Shown: positions 1-9,466 of the stretch, piece after piece
Layout: every line of letters starts with the position of its first letter
Numbering within the stretch: position 1 is the stretch's first letter
Assembly: GCA_944321865.1 (NCBI GenBank)
Contig: CALUMZ010000001.1
Location: 63,477 to 127,476, forward strand
Source of the DNA: an uncultured Muribaculaceae bacterium
Lineage (GTDB): Bacteria > Bacteroidota > Bacteroidia > Bacteroidales > Muribaculaceae
Reading direction: 5' to 3'
Length of the DNA: 64,000 nucleotides
The notes under the pieces: generated by a model
Databases searched by the model: none
What the model was told of the DNA's origin: nothing
The model's input: only the letters and a program-made list of their open reading frames with translations
Position numbers and translations under genes: made by a program

Positions 1-201
1 AACGACCTCTATTACCGACTTCTTGTCTAAAGCTCTTATTGCTCTCGATTCGGCTTTTTCACCAAGTATGAGCGACAGTGCTCCCATCATTATCGATTTG
101 CCTGCGCCGGTTTCGCCTGTTATTATGGTCAATCCCGGGGCAAACGATATGTCGAGCTTGTCAATAAGGGCATAATTGGCTATCTTTAATTGTTTAAGCA
201 T
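1..201 (-). CDS. recN: DNA repair protein RecN, N-terminal fragment (gene runs off the window start)
   Basis: Reverse-strand ATG at 199-201. Translation is MLKQLKIANYALIDKLDISFAPGLTIITGETGAGKSIMMGALSLILGEK, with the RecN/SMC-type Walker A GETGAGKS. Absent from the ORF track because it is truncated. Confidence 0.8.
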   Translation of the reverse strand, partial: MLKQLKIANYALIDKLDISFAPGLTIITGETGAGKSIMMGALSLILGEKAESRAIRALDKKSVIEVV

Positions 202-211
202 ATTTCTATTA

Positions 212-1126
212 TCACTTGGCCGGTTCTTTTATTTTGTTCAATTTTGTTCCCTCGGTAGGGTATAGGGGATACAGCAATTCATATACTTTGTTCTTCTCGG
301 TAGTGCCGGCTTCGGAATAAATGTTTACCAATTCGTCGAGTTTGGAATCTCTGAAAATTGACAGGCACACACTCATTGGTGCGGCATCATACACTTTCTT
401 CAGCTCTTCGAGGCACTGTGTGACAGTGGCGCGCCCCTTGTCAACGCTTACCGCCATTTGGTCGAGCCCCAACCGGTGATAATTGTAAAGAATCGAACGC
501 ATGCCGCGAGTGGCATTGTCGGTGTAAGCACTTAACACCGCGCTGCGGTTTTTATTGTCTTCAAAAGCTTTCCATCCGGCTTCGCCCGAACTTTGTGCGA
601 GCCGCACGATATTGGCCGCCGATTCGTAATAAGGGGTGCCACCTTCGGGAGAGAATGTGTCAAAATCCATTGCTATTATCATGAAGCAATAGAAATTGAT
701 TATTGCCGTCAGGTTGCTTTCCATCGTTAATTCGGAATATACGAGCGGTTCGTTTTCAATGTATGTGAATTCGATATTCGTGTCTCTGAAATTGAGCACA
801 GTGGTTGTATATGAACTGTTATATACCGGACGCAATGATTGAACTTGCAGGTCTCCCGTAAATTTGTCGCTGTCATACGTCTTTATGGTAAAGTACATGC
901 GGCATTCGATTTTTTCGTTTACTGCAAATTGGGCATTGGTCCATTTGTTGGTGTTGACATATTCGGCAATTGCCTGTTCGAGGGTTTCAAACACTTCTTT
1001 TGACGAATTCTGTATTTGGTCGGCATTAACTTCAACGGTGCAATTTAGTTCTTGTGCGTTGGCGGTAGTGGCCATTCCCACACCAATTGCCGTGATGCAG
1101 CATAATTTTTTCAGCATCGTTATCAT
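212..1126 (-). CDS. DUF4835 family protein (named T9SS PorD in some annotations), signal peptide present
   Basis: 304 aa with N-terminal signal (AIGVGMATTANAQE). Sits in the recN-DUF4835-coaBC arrangement typical of Bacteroidota. Its ATG overlaps the coaBC stop (ATGA). Confidence 0.7.
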   Translation of the reverse strand: MITMLKKLCCITAIGVGMATTANAQELNCTVEVNADQIQNSSKEVFETLEQAIAEYVNTNKWTNAQFAVNEKIECRMYFTIKTYDSDKFTGDLQVQSLRPVYNSSYTTTVLNFRDTNIEFTYIENEPLVYSELTMESNLTAIINFYCFMIIAMDFDTFSPEGGTPYYESAANIVRLAQSSGEAGWKAFEDNKNRSAVLSAYTDNATRGMRSILYNYHRLGLDQMAVSVDKGRATVTQCLEELKKVYDAAPMSVCLSIFRDSKLDELVNIYSEAGTTEKNKVYELLYPLYPTEGTKLNKIKEPAK

Positions 1127-2325
1127 GATAATTTACCCGTTAATGTGTCGACTATATCGCGAGCCACAAGTTTTTTGTCTTTCAGCCCATATTCTTGGCA
1201 GGTTCCGTCACTGCCGATTATTGTAACCTTGTTTGTGTCGGTCATGAATCCTGCCCCCGGCTCATTCAGGGAGTTTAATACTATAAAATCAAGGTTCTTG
1301 CGCTGCAACTTGGCAAGTGCGTTTTCCCGTTCGTTATCGGTTTCAAGGGCAAAGCCCACAAGAAGTTGCCCGTCTTGTTTCATACTTCCTAATGCAGCTG
1401 CGATGTCGGGATTTTTCTTTAACCTGATTACGGGAATTTCATCGTACTCACGTTTTATTTTATGTGAGGCTTGATTCTCAACCGTGTAATCGGCAACGGC
1501 TGCACACATTATTGCAGCATCGCATTGTGGAAATTCGGCAACAGAAGCATTATACATTTCTTGTGCCGATTCAATATTTATTGTCTTGATAGCTGCGTGT
1601 TTTGCTTTTATCGACACCGGGCCGCTGATGAGTGTGACATCGGCTCCGCGGGCGGCGCATTCCTCGGCTAAGGCATATCCCATCTTGCCCGACGAATAAT
1701 TACCGATGAAGCGCACAGGGTCGATTTTTTCGTATGTCGGGCCGGACGTTATCAGTATGTGGCGGCCGGCAAGGTCTTGTGACTTTGTGAAGTATTCATC
1801 GACTGCTTTAAGTATGTTTTCAGGCTCTTCCATGCGTCCTTTCCCGACAAGATGGCTTGCCAATTCGCCTGATGCCGGCTCGATGATATGATTGCCATAT
1901 TCTTGCAACAGCTGCAAATTGCGTCGTGTGCTTGGGTGAGCAAACATGTCAAGATCCATTGCCGGAGCGACAAATACCGGAGCTTTTGCCGACAGGTATG
2001 TGGTAACCAGCATGTTGTCGGCAATGCCATTGGCCATTTTGCCTATGGTGGATGCCGTGGCAGGAGCAATAACCATCGCGTCGGCCCATAATCCTAAATC
2101 GACGTGGCTGTTCCAACTGCCGGTATTGGCTGTGAAAAATTCACTGATAACCGGCTTGCCACTGAGTGCCGACAATGTTACCGGTGTGATAAATTCTTTA
2201 CCTGCCGGTGTTATCACTACTTGTACCTCTGCGCCTGCTTTAATGAAAAGTCTTAACAGGTAGGCCGATTTGTAGGCGGCTATACCTCCACAAATGCCCA
2301 GTATGATATGTTTGCCCTTTAACAT
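1123..2325 (-). CDS. coaBC: Bifunctional phosphopantothenoylcysteine decarboxylase / phosphopantothenate-cysteine ligase
   Basis: 400 aa. N-terminal flavoprotein domain (GKHIILGICGGIAAYK) and a C-terminal DFP/CoaB domain (SSGKMGYALAEE). Confidence 0.9.
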   Translation of the reverse strand: MLKGKHIILGICGGIAAYKSAYLLRLFIKAGAEVQVVITPAGKEFITPVTLSALSGKPVISEFFTANTGSWNSHVDLGLWADAMVIAPATASTIGKMANGIADNMLVTTYLSAKAPVFVAPAMDLDMFAHPSTRRNLQLLQEYGNHIIEPASGELASHLVGKGRMEEPENILKAVDEYFTKSQDLAGRHILITSGPTYEKIDPVRFIGNYSSGKMGYALAEECAARGADVTLISGPVSIKAKHAAIKTINIESAQEMYNASVAEFPQCDAAIMCAAVADYTVENQASHKIKREYDEIPVIRLKKNPDIAAALGSMKQDGQLLVGFALETDNERENALAKLQRKNLDFIVLNSLNEPGAGFMTDTNKVTIIGSDGTCQEYGLKDKKLVARDIVDTLTGKLS

Positions 2326-2331
2326 TTCTAT

Positions 2332-3093
2332 TTACTTTGAACGTAATTTGATAGCTGTTATCACGTTTTTGGTGTTTTGTGGGAAATCGCCTTGCATTAT
2401 CCAACTGTAATAGCCGAGGTCTTTTTTGAACACTTCTTCTACCGGCATCCCCTTGTATTTTCCGAAGTTGAACACTTCCACGTCTTTGTCGTTGTATATC
2501 ACGCGGCCTGCGAAATCGACATTGCGCGTTTGTGATGAAAATTTCGACAGGAATGCCACGTCGTTTTCAAGTGACGGGTACATGTCGAGCTGGGCCTTGA
2601 GTACCTCGTAGGTGGCACGAGTGTCGGCGCAGGCCGAGTGTGCATCGTCAAGTTCCTTGTGGCAATAGAATTTGTAGGCAGCCGACAAGGTGCGCTGTTC
2701 CATTTTGTGGAAGATGGTCTGTACGTCGATAAATTTCCTTTTGGAGAAATTTATGCTTATGCCGGCATTGAGGAATTCTTCCACCAAAATGGGAATGTCG
2801 AATCGGTTGCTGTTGAATCCGGCGATGTCGCACCCCTCAAACACCTGTTCGAGTGAGCGTGCCACCTGCTTGAATGAGGGGCAGTCTTTTACATCTTCAT
2901 CGGTAATGTGGTGCACTGCCGTAGATTCGGCCGGAATGGGGAATCCCGGATTCAGTCTCACCGTTTTGCAATCCTCTTTGCCGTTGGGGTATACTTTTAT
3001 GTATGATATTTCAATAATTTTATCTTTTGATATGTTGAGGCCGGTGGTTTCAACATCAAAAAAAATCAACGGATTTTTTAAATTGAGTTCCAT
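2332..3093 (-). CDS. 3'-5' exonuclease, DnaQ/DEDDh (DNA polymerase III epsilon-like) family
   Basis: 253 aa. Exo I motif FFDVETTGL, later HSACADTRAT (Exo III H-x4-D). Lies between dnaN and coaBC. Confidence 0.8.
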   Translation of the reverse strand: MELNLKNPLIFFDVETTGLNISKDKIIEISYIKVYPNGKEDCKTVRLNPGFPIPAESTAVHHITDEDVKDCPSFKQVARSLEQVFEGCDIAGFNSNRFDIPILVEEFLNAGISINFSKRKFIDVQTIFHKMEQRTLSAAYKFYCHKELDDAHSACADTRATYEVLKAQLDMYPSLENDVAFLSKFSSQTRNVDFAGRVIYNDKDVEVFNFGKYKGMPVEEVFKKDLGYYSWIMQGDFPQNTKNVITAIKLRSK

Positions 3094-3127
3094 AAAATAT
3101 AGATAAAACCGGTAGAATGTGAGAGCA

Positions 3128-4243
3128 TTATAACATCATTGGCATGAGCAGCATCAGCAAGTCTTCTCCCTCGGGTTGCGAGTCGGGCAGGAATATGCCG
3201 GCACGTGTTGGGTCGAGCAATTTTATTACAACAATGTCACTGTTGATATTTGTCAATATTTCAATCAGTTTTTCATCATTGAATCCAATTGACATGTTTT
3301 CACCTTTGTAATCGCATGCCACAGTTTCTTCAGCCTTTTTCATGAAGTCGAGGTTCTCGGCTGTCAGTTTCAATTGGTTTTCGCTAATGTCGAATTTCAC
3401 CATGCCGCCGGCACTTGAGAATACCGATACGCGTTTAACGGCGTTCAACAGCGAAATGCGGTCGATCGAAATCACAAACGGATTGTTTTGCGGTATAACG
3501 GAATTGTAATTAGGGTAGCGTCCGTTGATAAAGCGGCATGTGAGGGTGAAATTTCCTGTTTCAAATGTTGCGCTTTTGGTGTCGAAAGTGATTTTCACGT
3601 CATCATCGTCGTTCTTGCCGATTATTCCGTTTAAGATTGAGGCCGGCTTTGATGGTAATATGAATGATGATGTGATACCCGGCTTCAGGCGGGTGTTTTC
3701 AAAGCGCACGAGCTTGTGAGTGTCGGAAGCGACGAATGTTATGTTGTCCTCCTTTATGTCCCAATAAATACCCATCATGATGCGGCGCATTTCTTCGGTG
3801 CCGACGGCAAACAATGTGTAGTCGATGCTTTCTCGTAATTCTTTTACAGGCATGACTATTGATTCTGCTACTTCGCCAAGGCTCTCTTTTTGAGGGAATT
3901 CGTTGCCGTCGATGCCCGAGAAATCGAAATGGCCGTTTAGGTATTTCAACTCGATGGCATAATTTTCATCGATAGTGAATTCGAGTGGTTGGTCGGGTAT
4001 TTCCTTCAACAAGTCGAGCAAACTTTTCACATTGACGGCAAATGAGCCTTCACCCTTGGCAAAAGCCACCTCTACGGTAGTGGTTAATATGGTTTCTTGG
4101 TCACTACCTGTGATTATTAACTTGTCACCTTCGAGGCAGAACAAAAAGTTGTCTAATATCGATATGGTATTTTTTGTATTGACTACTTTGCTCACTGTCG
4201 ATAAGTGCGACAGCAGTAATTTGCTGGAAATGCTGAATTTCAT
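3128..4243 (-). CDS. dnaN: DNA polymerase III beta sliding clamp
   Basis: 371 aa. N-terminus MKFSISSKLLLSHLSTVSKVV, C-terminal LLMPMML and overall length are typical of DnaN. Confidence 0.9.
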   Translation of the reverse strand: MKFSISSKLLLSHLSTVSKVVNTKNTISILDNFLFCLEGDKLIITGSDQETILTTTVEVAFAKGEGSFAVNVKSLLDLLKEIPDQPLEFTIDENYAIELKYLNGHFDFSGIDGNEFPQKESLGEVAESIVMPVKELRESIDYTLFAVGTEEMRRIMMGIYWDIKEDNITFVASDTHKLVRFENTRLKPGITSSFILPSKPASILNGIIGKNDDDDVKITFDTKSATFETGNFTLTCRFINGRYPNYNSVIPQNNPFVISIDRISLLNAVKRVSVFSSAGGMVKFDISENQLKLTAENLDFMKKAEETVACDYKGENMSIGFNDEKLIEILTNINSDIVVIKLLDPTRAGIFLPDSQPEGEDLLMLLMPMML

Positions 4244-4320
4244 AGTGCGTATATGTTTTTTTGTTTCTTATTGTCTTTGAGTTGTGTGCAATGCCTGTAG
4301 CACACGATTTTTCTAACTTA

Positions 4321-4328
4321 CAAATATA
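4321..4328 (-). promoter_or_regulatory. Bacteroidota -7 promoter box TATATTTG upstream of dnaN
   Basis: Plus strand reads caaatata, 78 nt upstream of the dnaN ATG. Matches TAnnTTTG. Confidence 0.45.
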
Positions 4329-4414
4329 CGCAGTTTTTCCCGATTTTTAGGTTGTGGGCGTTGCAAAAATTTCAACAATCATATTTTAGATTGGCGGGCA
4401 TAGAATGTAAACGG

Positions 4415-4452
4415 CAGCGGCCGGAGACTGTGAAATTGGTCTCCGGCCGCTG
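4415..4452 (-). terminator. Intrinsic terminator-like hairpin downstream of the M13 peptidase gene
   Basis: Perfect 14-bp stem cagcggccggagac / gtctccggccgctg with a 10-nt loop, 29 nt past the stop codon. The U-tract is only short (ccgTTTac) on the minus strand. Confidence 0.6.
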
Positions 4453-4480
4453 TTGTTATGGGGAAATGTGATGTGTGCGG

Positions 4481-6502
4481 TTACCAGATTATTACGCGCT
4501 CGGCAGCCGGGCGGAACATCTTGTCACCTTCCTTGATGCCGAATGCATTGAAGAATGTGTCGATGTTGCGCAGCGAAGCATTCACGCGATAGCGGCCAAG
4601 TGAGTGCGGGTCGGTCTTGGTGCGCAGCAGGATGTCTTCTTTGGTGATGTTTGCAGCCCACACGTTGGCGTATGCAAGGTAGAAGCGTTGGTCGGGTGTG
4701 AATCCGTCGATAGCTTGGTTGCCTTTACCCTGTTCGGTCTTCTTGAATGCGGTGTAAGCCACGCGCAAACCGCCTTGGTCGGCAATGTTTTCGCCAAGTG
4801 TGAAACGGCCGTTGGCGTGAACGGTGTCGGCCACTACGATTTCATCGAATTGTGCGGCAAGTTTGTCGGCAAGGGCATTGAACTTGTTGGCATCTTCTTC
4901 GGTCCACCAGTCGAGCATGTTGCCGTTTTGGTCGAAGTTGCGGCCTTGGTCGTCAAAACCGTGAGTCATTTCATGACCGATAACCACGCCGATTGCGCCA
5001 TAGTTGGAGGCATCATCGTTGTTGATGTCGAAATATGGCGGTTGCAGAATTGCGGCGGGGAAGCATATTTCATTGGTCGTTGGATTGTAGTATGCGTTTA
5101 CCGTTTGCGGAGTCATGCCCCATTCATCACGGTCGACAGGTTTGTTCCAACGCTGGTAGTTGTCTTGGGCCAAGAAGTAGCTTACACCTTTTAGATTGTC
5201 CCAGTAGGTCTTGGTGGGGTCTACGGTCACGCTGCTGTAGTCTTTCCATTTGTCGGGATAGCCTATTTTTACAGTGAAGCTATTGAGCTTGACAAGGGCG
5301 TTGACTTTTGTTTGGTCGCTCATCCATGTAAGGCCTGCAATGTGCTCGGCGAGAGCTTTCTTTAAGTTGTTGACGAGCTTGAGCATGCGTTCCTTGGATT
5401 CGGCCGGGAAATATTTCTCCACATAAAGTTGTCCTACGGCTTCGCCCAGTGCGCCATTTGGCACAGACAAGGCGCGTTTCCAGCGCGGTTGCATTTCTTT
5501 CTTTCCCGCCATGGTACGAGAGAACATGTCGAAGTTGGCTTGAACAAAATCATCGCTCAGGTAGCTCGAAGCCGAAGAAATGTACTCATAGAGCAGGTAA
5601 TCTTTGATTTCACGGTCTTTAAGCGACTTGACCAATGTGTTGACTTCGGCAAGGAACTTGGGTTGCATCAGGCACACTTGGTCGAGCGAGGGTAGGCCGA
5701 TGCCGGTAAAATAGGCAGTCCAGTCGATGTTGGGGTAATCGGCTTTGAGTTGGTCGATTGTGCGAATGTTATACTGGATGGCATAATTACGCGATTCTTC
5801 GCGAGTCATAGACACCTTGGCCAAAGCTGTTTCTATCTTAAGGACATTCTTTGCAGCTTTCTGTGCATCTTTTTTCTTGAAGCCCGACAGGGTGAAAATC
5901 TTCTCGATGTATTTAACATACTCGTTGCGGATATTCGTTGTGTGGTCGTCGTTCTCAAGATAGTAATCGCGGTCGCCGAGTCCGCCTGAGATTTGAGACA
6001 CATACATGATGTTTATGTCGGCATTTTTCAAGTCGGCCATTACGCCAGTGCTGAAGAATGGCGATGCAATGCCATTATGAAGCCAAGAAACAATTTCAAT
6101 GAGGTCTTCGCGCTTCATGTTTTGGATTTTCTCGATGTCGGCTTGCAGTGCCGATGCGCCTTCGTTGTTGAGGCGGACGCTGTCCATACCCATTTCATAC
6201 AGGTCTTTTACTTTTTGACCTATCGAACCTTTGGGCTGATTGGTTTCGCTCAAATGCTGAACGAGTGATTTCACTTGTTCACGACTGTTTTCCGACAATT
6301 GGTCGAATGTCCCGAAACGAGAATATTGCGGTGGCAGCGGATTGTTTTTCATCCAACCACCACATGCGTAATCGTAGAAATCAGTTCCGGGCGATACTGT
6401 TTCATCGAGGTTTGCGCGGTCTACGCCTTTCACCTCTGCATTGATGCTGTTGACTGTCATTGTCAATGCCAAAATTGGGGTAATGTACTTTAATACTTTC
6501 AT
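4481..6502 (-). CDS. pepO: M13 family zinc metallopeptidase (PepO / endothelin-converting-enzyme-like), secreted
   Basis: 673 aa with a signal peptide. HEMTHGFD (HExxH) and GENIADQGG (ENxADxGG) motifs, C-terminal VIIW. Confidence 0.9.
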   Translation of the reverse strand: MKVLKYITPILALTMTVNSINAEVKGVDRANLDETVSPGTDFYDYACGGWMKNNPLPPQYSRFGTFDQLSENSREQVKSLVQHLSETNQPKGSIGQKVKDLYEMGMDSVRLNNEGASALQADIEKIQNMKREDLIEIVSWLHNGIASPFFSTGVMADLKNADINIMYVSQISGGLGDRDYYLENDDHTTNIRNEYVKYIEKIFTLSGFKKKDAQKAAKNVLKIETALAKVSMTREESRNYAIQYNIRTIDQLKADYPNIDWTAYFTGIGLPSLDQVCLMQPKFLAEVNTLVKSLKDREIKDYLLYEYISSASSYLSDDFVQANFDMFSRTMAGKKEMQPRWKRALSVPNGALGEAVGQLYVEKYFPAESKERMLKLVNNLKKALAEHIAGLTWMSDQTKVNALVKLNSFTVKIGYPDKWKDYSSVTVDPTKTYWDNLKGVSYFLAQDNYQRWNKPVDRDEWGMTPQTVNAYYNPTTNEICFPAAILQPPYFDINNDDASNYGAIGVVIGHEMTHGFDDQGRNFDQNGNMLDWWTEEDANKFNALADKLAAQFDEIVVADTVHANGRFTLGENIADQGGLRVAYTAFKKTEQGKGNQAIDGFTPDQRFYLAYANVWAANITKEDILLRTKTDPHSLGRYRVNASLRNIDTFFNAFGIKEGDKMFRPAAERVIIW

Positions 6503-6540
6503 TATTTATATTATTAACTCAATAACTTTTATATGTTTTC

Positions 6541-8523
6541 TCAGTCTTGGTCTTGTTTAATGGCTTCAAGTTCGCTACAGGCTATTTCCCATAAACTCAT
6601 AGCATTGTCGAGCTTCTTGTTTAGTTCGCTGTGGCGTTCATATATGTCGGCCGGCAGTCCTGTGCCTCCGTCGGCGAGGGTACTTTCAATTTCTTTTATC
6701 TGCATTTCAATATCATTTATTTCGGCTTCGCAAGTCGCAACACGCTTTTCCCTTCTTTTGATTTCGCGTTCACGTTCTTTTTGCTCGAAATAATTACGCC
6801 GGCCACCGGTTGTTTTTTCTTCGGCAGGATTGGGCGTTTGTGATTTTGCCACAGATTCGGTTTTGGCTGTCGAGGAGGAAGCATTGGGAGTGGAGAGTTC
6901 GAGTTGGCGTAACGATTCTATTTTTTTAGTTTCGAGGAAATCGTAGATACCGCCAAGGTGTTCTTTTACGTGACCTCCGCCAAACTCATATACTTTGCTT
7001 ACCAGTCCGTCGAGGAACTCGCGGTCGTGCGACACGACAATTACAGTTCCGTTAAAGTCACGAATGGCATCTTTCAGAATGTCTTTCGTGCGCATGTCGA
7101 GGTGGTTGGTCGGCTCGTCGAGAATGAGTAAATTCACCGGTTCAAGCAGCAGTTTTATCATAGCGAGCCGTGTTTTTTCACCACCGGATAATACTTTTAC
7201 TTTCTTGTCGGAAGCTTCGCCACCAAACATGAAAGCACCCAACAGGTCCCGTATCTTTGTGCGAATGTCGCCTACAGCCACTCGGTCGATAGTATCGAAA
7301 ACCGTTATCTCGCCATCGAGCAGTTGTGCTTGATTTTGGGCAAAATATCCGATTTTCACGTTGTGACCTATTTTGAGCGTCCCGTCAAATGGAATTTCGC
7401 CCATTATGCACTTGACGAGGGTTGACTTTCCTTCTCCGTTTTTACCCACGAATGCAACTTTTTCGCCACGTTTTATGGTGAATGTCACGTTGGAGAACAC
7501 CGTGTGGTCGCCGTATTTTTTCCCGACTCCGTCGGCTATTACAGGGTAGTCGCCCGAACGAGGAGCCGGTGGAAACTTAAGGTTTATGTGGGAATTATCA
7601 ACCTCGTCGATTTCAATACGTTCAATCTTGGCAAGCTGTTTTATGCGGCTTTGTACTTGCACCGATTTTGTGGCTTTGTAACGAAATCGCTCGATAAATT
7701 CTTCGGTGTCTTGTATCTGTTTCTGTTGGTTGAGGTAGGCACGTGTCTGTTGCTCTATTCTCTCCTTGCGCAATTCCATGAATTTGGAATAATTGACGTT
7801 GTAGTCATAGATTTTGCCGCAGGAGATTTCTATCGTGCGGTTTGTAATGTTGTCGATAAAAGCACGGTCGTGCGAAACGAGCATCACAGCATTGGCCTTA
7901 GTTTTCAAGAAATTCTCAAGCCACTGAATAGATTCTATGTCAAGGTGGTTGGTAGGTTCGTCGAGTAGCAGCACGTCGGGACGGCGCAGCAGTAACTTGG
8001 CAAGCTCGATTCGCATTCGCCACCCGCCGCTGAATTCAGAGGTGGGGCGGTCGAAGTCGCTGCGATTGAATCCCAACCCGACGAGAGTTTTTTCCATCTC
8101 GGCATCGCAATTCTCCGATCCCATCATCACGAGGTGCTCATTCAGAGTGGTCACATGCTCTATCAATTTGGCGTATGACTCACTTTCATAGTCGGTGCGT
8201 GAAGCTATTTCATTGTTGACGGCATCGATTTCGGCTTTTAACCGGGTTATATTGTCGAAAGCCTTTTTTACTTCGTCACGCACGGTGGTGCTGTCGGCAA
8301 GTACCATCTGTTGCGGCAGGTACCCGATTACGGTATCGGCAGGCACGGCTACTGTTCCTGAAGAAGGGGATTGCAAGCCTGCAATAATTTTCAGCATGGT
8401 CGACTTTCCCGCCCCGTTTTTCCCGACGAGGGCAATCTTGTCTTTTTTGTTGATGACAAAATTTGCACCGTCAAATAGCGGAGTGCAATTAAATTCTACC
8501 GACAGGTTTTGTACCGAAATCAT
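6541..8523 (-). CDS. ABC-F family ATPase (no transmembrane domain) with a charged C-terminal extension
   Basis: 660 aa. Two Walker A sites (GKNGAGKST, GKNGEGKST), two LSGG signatures, an inter-domain linker and an E/K/R-rich tail. Confidence 0.9.
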   Translation of the reverse strand: MISVQNLSVEFNCTPLFDGANFVINKKDKIALVGKNGAGKSTMLKIIAGLQSPSSGTVAVPADTVIGYLPQQMVLADSTTVRDEVKKAFDNITRLKAEIDAVNNEIASRTDYESESYAKLIEHVTTLNEHLVMMGSENCDAEMEKTLVGLGFNRSDFDRPTSEFSGGWRMRIELAKLLLRRPDVLLLDEPTNHLDIESIQWLENFLKTKANAVMLVSHDRAFIDNITNRTIEISCGKIYDYNVNYSKFMELRKERIEQQTRAYLNQQKQIQDTEEFIERFRYKATKSVQVQSRIKQLAKIERIEIDEVDNSHINLKFPPAPRSGDYPVIADGVGKKYGDHTVFSNVTFTIKRGEKVAFVGKNGEGKSTLVKCIMGEIPFDGTLKIGHNVKIGYFAQNQAQLLDGEITVFDTIDRVAVGDIRTKIRDLLGAFMFGGEASDKKVKVLSGGEKTRLAMIKLLLEPVNLLILDEPTNHLDMRTKDILKDAIRDFNGTVIVVSHDREFLDGLVSKVYEFGGGHVKEHLGGIYDFLETKKIESLRQLELSTPNASSSTAKTESVAKSQTPNPAEEKTTGGRRNYFEQKEREREIKRREKRVATCEAEINDIEMQIKEIESTLADGGTGLPADIYERHSELNKKLDNAMSLWEIACSELEAIKQDQD

Positions 8524-8624
8524 CTATCTATTCAGTGCTTGTTTTTTGAATTTTTCAACCAACATAACTTTTGCCACAACAATGGCTGCTTGTGCGCGTG
8601 CCTTATGTTGCAGCAAAACTTGTG

Positions 8625-8632
8625 CAAAGGTA
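8625..8632 (-). promoter_or_regulatory. -7 promoter box TACCTTTG for the ABC-F gene
   Basis: Plus strand reads caaaggta. Predicts a leader of about 95 nt. Confidence 0.4.
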
Positions 8633-8747
8633 TTGATTTTAATTAAGAGACAGTTTAAAATTTCTGATATTTTAAATTTATCAAGATATTTTGTCATTAT
8701 TGGCGGAATCGTAACACCCCGGTGTGGAATTTTAACATAGCCTACCA

Positions 8748-8774
8748 CCCCAAACGGTTATTAGACCGCAAAAA
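8748..8774 (+). repeat. Intergenic repeat family, copy A left arm
   Basis: ccccaaacggttattagaccgcaaaaa; compare copies B to G. Confidence 0.7.
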
Positions 8775-8820
8775 TTTGTTCTGAGTGTGCTTTTTTGTGC
8801 CGGCAGAAACTAAAAAGCGG

Positions 8821-8845
8821 CATAAAATATAATGGCCGGTCTGGA
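8821..8845 (-). repeat. Intergenic repeat family, copy A right arm (inverted)
   Basis: cataaaatataatggccggtctgga, 21/25 identical to copy F (cataaaatctaatgaccgatttgga). Confidence 0.65.
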
Positions 8846-8938
8846 TTAAAAGTATGTTCTATATTATTGAAAAAGGCTGGAATTATTGTGGGAAAGGGGA
8901 TAAAACGCTAATTTTACAATAATAAAATCGACGCGATT

Positions 8939-9448
8939 ATGCTTGGCAGGATATTGAGGATATGTGTGTTGCTTGCGGTTTGTGTGGGTACAATGGTTTC
9001 ATGTAGCTCGCATAAGGATGTTTCGAGTGGAGCCTTGAACAAGAATACATATTTCGGCATAAAAATAGACAATGATAATAATAAAGATTTGTACCGTGAG
9101 GTGGAAAGCTGGATAGGCGTGCCGTATCGTTACGGCGGAAATACTCGGAAGGGCGTTGATTGTTCGGGATTTGTGGTAAATGTATATAAATCTGTGTATG
9201 GCAAAAATTTGCAACGTAGTTCTGAATTGATTTTCAAGAAAGACTGCAAGAAAATAAATAAAGATGAGTTACAAGAAGGAGATTTGGTGTTTTTTAAAAC
9301 GGGGAGCAAAAAGCGTATAGGACATTTGGGAATATACTTGAAAGATGGAAAATTTGCACATGCTTCATCAAGCAGGGGGGTGATGATAAGCAGTCTTGAA
9401 CAGGATTATTACAAGCGCAATTTTTTGTATGCCGGGAGGGTTAAATAA
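8939..9448 (+). CDS. NlpC/P60 (C40) family cell-wall peptidase lipoprotein
   Basis: 169 aa. Lipobox (GTMVSC), catalytic region GVDCSGFV, then GHLGIYL...FAHASS. Confidence 0.85.
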   Translation: MLGRILRICVLLAVCVGTMVSCSSHKDVSSGALNKNTYFGIKIDNDNNKDLYREVESWIGVPYRYGGNTRKGVDCSGFVVNVYKSVYGKNLQRSSELIFKKDCKKINKDELQEGDLVFFKTGSKKRIGHLGIYLKDGKFAHASSSRGVMISSLEQDYYKRNFLYAGRVK

Positions 9449-9466
9449 CGAAATGGCTTGAGTGGG

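Noticed and set aside
3128-4480. Possible replication origin next to dnaN, and the strand-bias switch near 21.3 kb.
   Set aside because: I could not find TTATCCACA-type DnaA boxes or an AT-rich unwinding element by eye in 4244-4480 or 21146-21637. dnaA is absent, and gene orientation switches back again at 32.6 kb. Cumulative GC-skew on the whole genome would be needed.
8524-8748. 74-aa minus-strand ORF directly upstream of the ABC-F gene.
   Set aside because: It would begin inside repeat copy A and run through the predicted promoter. Only its last 13 codons (from an internal ATG) are considered, as a possible uORF.
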